Shown here: positions 38,557 through 43,907 of the stretch, in pieces
How the letters are laid out: the number at the start of each line of letters is the position of its first letter
Position numbering within the stretch: position 1 is the stretch's first letter
Source: Candidatus Altimarinota bacterium
GTDB taxonomy: Bacteria; Patescibacteriota; Gracilibacteria; UBA1369
DNA: 64,000 nucleotides
Direction: 5' to 3'
Assembly: GCA_041752875.1 (NCBI GenBank)
Contig: JBGSVP010000003.1
Span: 122,803-186,802 of the forward strand
The notes under the pieces: generated by a model
What the model was told of the DNA's origin: nothing
Seen by the model: the letters and a program-made list of their open reading frames with translations, nothing else
The model's database searches: none
Program-made: the position numbers and the translations under genes

Positions 38557-39531
38557 ATGCCAGAAAAAATCACAAAACAGGACCTGGAAAACTTCCTGGA
38601 TCAGGTAAAAAACAGCGAAGAGTACGAAAATCCGGAATTCGCCAAGGTTATCGATGATTTCGCAATTGAAATCAGAAGTCATCTGATAATCCAGGGCGTT
38701 CTGGATAGTAATCATCAATTGGATAACTTTGTAATCAAAAAGATCGACCGGGTGATAGACGCCATCGGCACGGCAATAACTATCGCGGCTGCCGACCATA
38801 AAGAATTCCCTTTTCTAAACGATGAAAAACTGAAAGAAATGGTCATGGGCTACCCCGAATCCATCATCACCGCCAAAGAAATAGACCCGAAAGCGGAAAT
38901 CAAACCGGTAAAAGAAGTCCTGGCGAGAATCAAAAACCTTGGCCCCGACATTCTTCGGGAAATCGCCAAATTCCAAAGACCGACACTGCTCGTAACCCCC
39001 AAAAACAGCTTCCTGGAAAAGAAAGAGAACATGGATCACCATAAGAGATATGTGGACGAAAAAGGAAAAGGCCAGGCGGATACATGGCATATGGAAAAAG
39101 AAGACAGCCCATATTTAGAGGTCAGCACCTCGGATTCAACATTGATCAGCATTGTAGAAGGGGCGGCAAGATTGAAACATCGACCCGATATTATTCCGTG
39201 CGAGTCCCAACTTGAAGAGAGAAAAAAGGCATTTATAAATCATTACATAGAGAAAAAAATTCTTTTGATCAGTGTCCACGAGTACGCGGTACTGATGCAA
39301 CGTTCACTCAGGGAATACAGACGGCACGGAAATGATAAAGGCAAAATCCTGGATTATTTCGAAAATGAAAAAGACACAGTCACATGTCTGGGCGACAGAC
39401 ATTTGAAAAAAACGACCAGAATCCCCGTCGCTTTCTTCGCCGCACGCAAAGTATCCTTCTCCGCCTACGGCCCGGATTTCACCATCGATAACTTCTGCGC
39501 CCGTCCTTCGCACCCTTTAATGTTATATTAA
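38557..39531 (+). CDS. Paralog 6 of uncharacterised family (324 aa)
   Basis: MPEKITKQDLENFLDQVKNSEEYENPEFAKVID, FQRPTLLVTPKNSF, ISIVEGAARL, HEYAVLMQRSL and the C-terminal CARPSHPLMLY. Confidence 0.85.
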   Translation: MPEKITKQDLENFLDQVKNSEEYENPEFAKVIDDFAIEIRSHLIIQGVLDSNHQLDNFVIKKIDRVIDAIGTAITIAAADHKEFPFLNDEKLKEMVMGYPESIITAKEIDPKAEIKPVKEVLARIKNLGPDILREIAKFQRPTLLVTPKNSFLEKKENMDHHKRYVDEKGKGQADTWHMEKEDSPYLEVSTSDSTLISIVEGAARLKHRPDIIPCESQLEERKKAFINHYIEKKILLISVHEYAVLMQRSLREYRRHGNDKGKILDYFENEKDTVTCLGDRHLKKTTRIPVAFFAARKVSFSAYGPDFTIDNFCARPSHPLMLY

Positions 39532-39539
39532 ACTGCCCC

Positions 39540-40451
39540 ATGCCCGAACAACTCACAAAACAGGACCTGGAAAACTTCCTGAAACAGGTAAATGAAAGCG
39601 AAGAATCCGACGACACCGAATGCAGGGAAGTCATAGACAAAGCGGCATCAAAAATCAGAGCGTGCATCCTATTTTTGGCAGACACCATAGAAGATAAGAC
39701 CGTAATCCATGAAATCGAAGGCTACATAGACGCCATCGCCGACGCGGTTAAAAAAGCCCAAGAAAAGCTGAATCCGCCTAAATTGATTGAAAGTCTTTCG
39801 AAAAGTTTCGACGAGATGGCCGATTCATACGAAGACTTCGGCTTCGGCAAGCTCGACCCTGAAATAAAAATCTGGACGATGGCTAATATACAATATCTTA
39901 GTGCCACCAAATTGGAAACAATAAACAGCTTCGGAAAACCGACCATCATAATCACCCCCCCGGGAAGTTTTAAGTCAAAAGTAGACGCCATAGACCACAA
40001 CAAGCAGATAGAACATCAATGCTGGACCTACTGTGATCCTTCCCCAAGCGATCCATTATGGGGTGGCGAACAGACCTGGTTGGAAGTCAGCGTTGTAGAT
40101 GGCATTGAAGCAATGCCGGAACCGACCTTTATAAAGGATAATTTTACTGTCGGCGATAGAATGAAAATATACGAAAATGAATTTAAAAAACAAAAGTTAA
40201 ACCTAATGGGATTACATGCAGGCGCGATGTTAATGATGAAATCGCTAAAAAATGGCATGCCGGTTGATGATCTACTTAAAGCCAATACAGCGACATATTA
40301 TAAGACAAAAGGATTAACATATTTTAGTAGAATACCATCCATATTATGGCACTCAAAGAATAGTCATGTAACTTTCAGCATGCAATCTGCAAAGACCTAC
40401 GGCTGCTCCCATCTACGTTGCAGACCATCATTGACGCTACTTAGCCATTAA
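39540..40451 (+). CDS. Paralog 7 of uncharacterised family (303 aa)
   Basis: MPEQLTKQDLENFLKQVNESEESDDTECREVIDK, FGKPTIIITPPGSFKSKVDAIDHN, LWGG...VSVVDGIEAMP, GAMLMMKSL and the C-terminal LRCRPSLTLLSH. Confidence 0.85.
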   Translation: MPEQLTKQDLENFLKQVNESEESDDTECREVIDKAASKIRACILFLADTIEDKTVIHEIEGYIDAIADAVKKAQEKLNPPKLIESLSKSFDEMADSYEDFGFGKLDPEIKIWTMANIQYLSATKLETINSFGKPTIIITPPGSFKSKVDAIDHNKQIEHQCWTYCDPSPSDPLWGGEQTWLEVSVVDGIEAMPEPTFIKDNFTVGDRMKIYENEFKKQKLNLMGLHAGAMLMMKSLKNGMPVDDLLKANTATYYKTKGLTYFSRIPSILWHSKNSHVTFSMQSAKTYGCSHLRCRPSLTLLSH

Positions 40452-40545
40452 TCACTCACTGGCCCCCCCGTAAGCCGCCAGCGCAACGGCCCGCCAAGCC
40501 ACCAGCGCAGCGCCGTGGCGCCCCCCACCCCCCCATCGCCATAGA

Positions 40546-40674
40546 TCCAAAAGTGTCAAATTTCTTATTTTAGCCCGTCGGCAAGCAAAAAAAACAGGAG
40601 CCGTACGAGTGGTACGGTGAGTGTTTTTTTATGCGCAGTCCGGCGCGCTAAAATAAAAATTTCACACTTTTGGA
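40546..40674. repeat. 129-bp unit with ~28-bp terminal inverted repeats enclosing the terminator
   Basis: The left arm TCCAAAAGTGTCAAATTTCTTATTTTAGC (40546-40574) matches the reverse complement of 40647-40674 with one mismatch and one indel. The unit ends 4 nt from the 3' end of tRNA-Phe. Confidence 0.6.
40601..40630. terminator. Bidirectional intrinsic-type terminator shared by the paralog operon (+) and tRNA-Phe (-)
   Basis: CCGTAC-gagtg-GTACGG with TTTTTTT downstream (40624-40630) and AAAAAAAA upstream (40591-40598). Both U-tracts sit 6 nt from the stem, so efficiency is uncertain. Confidence 0.5.
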
Positions 40675-40678
40675 CTTT

Positions 40679-40753
40679 TGGTGCCAGGGGGCAGGATCGA
40701 ACTGCCGACGCAAGGATTTTCAGTCCTTCGCTCTACCACTGAGCTACCCCGGC
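40679..40753 (-). tRNA. tRNA-Phe (anticodon GAA), CCA encoded
   Basis: Hand-folded cloverleaf. Acceptor GCCGGGG/CCCTGGC with one G-U pair, D arm GCTC-AGTGGTA-GAGC, anticodon stem AAGGA/TCCTT with loop CTGAAAA, T arm GGCAG-TTCGATC-CTGCC, discriminator A, then CCA. 75 nt. Confidence 0.9.
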
Positions 40754-40835
40754 AAGCATCCAAGAGCACGCAGAGCTTACAATAACGGTTTACAAATTTC
40801 AATGCCCGCCGCAACAAAAAGTTAAAGCATTGGGC

Positions 40836-40865
40836 TTGACAATGGATATATTTATTTGGTATAAT
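40836..40865 (+). promoter_or_regulatory. Near-consensus sigma70 promoter with extended -10
   Basis: TTGACA (40836-40841), an 18-nt spacer ending in TGG, then TATAAT (40860-40865), i.e. TGnTATAAT. This is the best promoter match in the window, and no protein gene lies downstream of it. Confidence 0.7.
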
Positions 40866-40871
40866 ATTATG

Positions 40872-41463
40872 AAACGCTAAGAAAAGACATGTTCTTCCGC
40901 CCCTCCACCCGCTCTTTGTCATCACAGGAAAACTTATCCTTAGGGAGAAAGCTGTTAGAGGCCTTGAGTATTGAATCCGCCATTCATGCTTAAATTCTTT
41001 GGCAGCTTCCTCCCTAAGCTTAAGGGTTTGAACTGTCTCCTTTTTATCCCCCAGATCTAAAGAAGACACCGCTTATTTCCGCTTGATGGGCTTGGAGGTC
41101 AGGCATACGAAATATTCGGAATGAACTTAACCTGCATCTGTCGTCTTCTCCTGGACTATGCCAAGCATATCTCCTGGTCATGACTTATGGGATGCTTTCG
41201 TTAAGGTCGAAAGACTTCTATGGAAATTTTAATCTTTTTCCACGGCGTTCATTGTCCACTCCCTTTGCTTAGGGAGTCCATGATCTTTCACAACTAGTCA
41301 GCCATAAACTTGGGAGAAAGCCGTTAAAGGCCTTTGGTATTATTTCTACACCCTATAATACCCGAATCCTTTGCCGGCTTCCTCCCTAAGTTTCTGTGCT
41401 TTAAGTCTGTATCTCTATGATCCGTGAGTCCCCCAGGTTCACGGCACATCTGTTCTTTTCGTT
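40872..41463 (+). ncRNA. Candidate large (~590 nt) structured non-coding RNA, family unassigned
   Basis: There is no plus-strand ORF of 60 aa or more between the promoter and 41494. Two homologous long helices are present: 40939-40954 pairs with 41003-41018, and 41308-41323 pairs with 41375-41391. They carry a compensatory change, AGCTG/CAGCT in the first versus AGCCG/CGGCT in the second. Further hairpins lie at 41258-41277 (ACTCCCT/AGGGAGT) and around 41196-41214 (CTTTCG/CGAAAG). A possible terminator hairpin CCGTGA..TCACGG (41422-41444) is followed by a U-rich tract. The 3' end is uncertain. Confidence 0.5.
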
Positions 41464-41699
41464 CGGTGGGTAAAAAGGCCGGGCTGTAAATGAATGGAAA
41501 TAGACCTCGTTTTCCGACTATGGTGTTTTTTCGGTCTTGGACTTCGGTTCATCTTCGTCAGACATTGTAAATCGGCAAATGAAAGTGATTCTGTCTTATG
41601 GCAGCAATGTCATGATTCGTGGCGCTATTCTGGAAACCAATCTTTCCGGGATGCTTATTGTCTTACAGGTTTATCGTATGGTTTCTTGGGGGGGATTTT

Positions 41700-42614
41700 T
41701 TATATCTCTTTCCCGTTCGGATAAATTATCCTGTCCACAAAGACGCGCGGATCCGGATATTCCTTAAGCAGACGGTAGATGTTTTCGACGGTTATGTTGC
41801 CGGAAGATATGATTCCGCTTAAGAATTTTTCGTCCACCGCTTCCATTATATGTTCTGCCATTTTTTCGTGTACGCCGGAGGAAATCATCTCTATCCGTTT
41901 TTTCTCGCGCGCTTCTTCGAAAGGGTCTTTTCGGTTGGGGTCTTGTGACATCTTTACCGCCTCCCTGTGGGTTTCATGGATCATTTCCCGTTTTTCCTTC
42001 GGTACTATTAGTCTTAGGTTGGCGGGGATTTTGGCATCATCATCCGTAAGGTCGGCATAAAGGTTTTCGGCGAACTTATTTTTAAGGAAATCTACGCCTC
42101 CACTTTCGCACATGGTGGCTATGATAGCCGCTGTCCTTGTCTTTTTTGCGCAATAAAGCGAATGTAGTTCCGGATAGTTTATGATCATGCAGTCGCTCTC
42201 GATTTCTTCGTCCAGTTCATGGATATCCTCATCCAGATTTTGACAGTGGGGCGTTATGAATTCGTCTTCCCCGTCTCCGTAGATAAAATCGTACATAGTC
42301 GGCAACAGATAAGCCAGCGGCCTGTAATCCTTAATAATCTGTTCAACCCCCTCCGTGTCGCGCAGATATTCCAGAAACCTCTTTTCCAAAGCCTCACACG
42401 TTTTTGGGCGGACGTTTTTCCTGTTTTTCATCGCCGCCACAGCCTTGTCAGGTAATTTAACGCCCCCCGATTTGAGCGCTTCTTTGAGAAGATTCGAAAG
42501 TTTATCCGGCAAACCGAATTCACGGGCAAGCCTTTTCGCGGTAATCCTGTCGGATTCGTCCATCAGCTCTTCTATTTTGGCTATTTTATCCGAAGAATCT
42601 ATCCTTTCGGTCAT
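41700..42614 (-). CDS. Hypothetical protein (304 aa, acidic, helical)
   Basis: A long ORF with coding-like composition and no recognisable motif. Confidence 0.6.
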   Translation of the reverse strand: MTERIDSSDKIAKIEELMDESDRITAKRLAREFGLPDKLSNLLKEALKSGGVKLPDKAVAAMKNRKNVRPKTCEALEKRFLEYLRDTEGVEQIIKDYRPLAYLLPTMYDFIYGDGEDEFITPHCQNLDEDIHELDEEIESDCMIINYPELHSLYCAKKTRTAAIIATMCESGGVDFLKNKFAENLYADLTDDDAKIPANLRLIVPKEKREMIHETHREAVKMSQDPNRKDPFEEAREKKRIEMISSGVHEKMAEHIMEAVDEKFLSGIISSGNITVENIYRLLKEYPDPRVFVDRIIYPNGKEI

Positions 42615-42688
42615 CGTTGTTTGGATTTAGTGACTAACCGTATTTCAGGATTATTATATCATTTTTTGTCGATTCTGTCTCTTGTGGC

Positions 42689-43210
42689 CTAGAAATTGCC
42701 CGCGCAAAGCCTTTTGTCCCAGATTCCGGCTTCGTTGTCTTGAGCCTCCTGTTGGTCTTTCAGAAATTTTTCACGCTCCTTGTAAGGCTTGTATTCGGGA
42801 TTAGATTCCTTGGCCAGCCCGTCCTTAAGCAGATCCGCATTCAGCATAGACCCATCCGCGAGGGTGACATAACGCAACAGCCTTCCATAGATGTCCTTAT
42901 CTCCCATCTTATCGTCCTTCGTGAGCGTTACGTTAAGGCTCTTGCCGAAATATCTCTCCGCCGCCAGTCTTTTTGCTTCCTCATCGAAACACTGGGCAGA
43001 TCCGTCCACTCCTGTAGTTTCGGGCGCGTCCACGCCAATCAGCTGAACTCTTTTCAGCTTGCCCCCCTCCATAACAATCAGACTGTCCGGGTCAGTCATG
43101 TGGACAATATAGGTCCTACCGTTCAATAAAGGAAAAACAATGAACTGATAAAGTGAGTATACGATCAGCACCAGTACCGCTAAAGTAAAAAAAGGTCTTA
43201 AGATTCTCAT
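42689..43210 (-). CDS. Membrane-anchored thermonuclease (Staphylococcal nuclease, SNase fold)
   Basis: N-terminal TM helix. Contains VQLIGVDAPE, DIYGRLLRYV, LN..LLKDGLA and a C-terminal GIWD, the SNase signature blocks. Confidence 0.8.
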   Translation of the reverse strand: MRILRPFFTLAVLVLIVYSLYQFIVFPLLNGRTYIVHMTDPDSLIVMEGGKLKRVQLIGVDAPETTGVDGSAQCFDEEAKRLAAERYFGKSLNVTLTKDDKMGDKDIYGRLLRYVTLADGSMLNADLLKDGLAKESNPEYKPYKEREKFLKDQQEAQDNEAGIWDKRLCAGNF

Positions 43211-43331
43211 ACATAATTAAATGACGGGCGCTAAATATAAACCACAAACGCAAGATTTGGCAAGTAAAAGCACCCACAATTAAAAGCCCCCTTACCGGGA
43301 AATATGTTTAAACTCACCCGACAAAGTTGAA

Positions 43332-43907
43332 TCAGACATTTTTCATCAGGAACTCCGTATTCCAGACCTCCGCGCCCAGCTTTCTCAATTCTTTCATCGT
43401 CGGTTCGCGGTTGAGTTCGTTAATCGGTTTTACGGCATCGGCCGGGATCCATACCTTGAAGCCCTCTTTAAGCAGGTTCACGACATCCATCTCTATTCCG
43501 TAATCCAGGGCAACGCCGTAGATTATCAGATTTTGCCGTTTCAAGCTTTTCAGCAAAGCCAAAGAATGTCTGTTACTCAAAAGATTGAACCCGGTCGTTT
43601 CCAGATGGATCGAAGGAAAAGTATTAAGCAGACACCCATAATTTATTTTATGATTGATATTGGGAATCAGCACTGCGCCTTTGATTTCGGTCTCCGGAAT
43701 TTTGTCATATCCGGTCAGCCCGGGAACGCAGTATTTTTCACCGGTTTCCACTGAAGAGATTAGTGGAATCCCTCTGGAAAGGGCGCATATCGTGAGCTTT
43801 TTCAGGTTCGGCCGGATTTCGGCGGCATCCTTGATAAACTTGAGCCCCTTGCTATTGAAGAATTCATGTTGAGTATTGATATCCAGGAATATGCAGTCTT
43901 CGATCAT
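43332..43907 (-). CDS. Isochorismatase-like (cysteine hydrolase fold) protein, possibly lacking the catalytic Cys
   Basis: The N-terminal IFLDINTQHEFF matches the D-x-Q-x-x-F block. LIIYGVALDYGIEMDV matches the G-x-x-T-D-x-C-V block but has Gly where the nucleophile Cys normally sits. Its start overlaps the lon stop by 4 nt. Confidence 0.5.
   Translation of the reverse strand: MIEDCIFLDINTQHEFFNSKGLKFIKDAAEIRPNLKKLTICALSRGIPLISSVETGEKYCVPGLTGYDKIPETEIKGAVLIPNINHKINYGCLLNTFPSIHLETTGFNLLSNRHSLALLKSLKRQNLIIYGVALDYGIEMDVVNLLKEGFKVWIPADAVKPINELNREPTMKELRKLGAEVWNTEFLMKNV

Noticed and set aside
25021-40678. Region between tRNA-Gly and tRNA-Phe as an integrated prophage or genomic island
   Set aside because: I saw no integrase, recombinase, transposase or phage structural genes, and no direct repeat of either tRNA 3' end. 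tRNA bracketing is noted, but mobility is not supported.
40662-41069. 135-aa minus-strand ORF
   Set aside because: It overlaps tRNA-Phe and the consensus plus-strand promoter, and part of the peptide is simply the translated tRNA sequence. It is not a gene.
40872-41463. Identification of the ORF-free transcript as RNase P RNA, tmRNA, SRP RNA or 6S RNA
   Set aside because: There is no GAGGAAAGTCC-type RNase P CR-I element. There is no tRNA-like 3' end or GGGG 5' acceptor for tmRNA. There is no SRP domain IV GGAA/AGCA motif. The region is also too long for 6S RNA. It is left as an unassigned candidate RNA.
41494-41822. Three overlapping 67-76-aa plus-strand ORFs
   Set aside because: They are mutually overlapping in different frames, sit in the 3' flank of the convergent 304-aa gene, and have no motifs. 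They are most likely non-coding.
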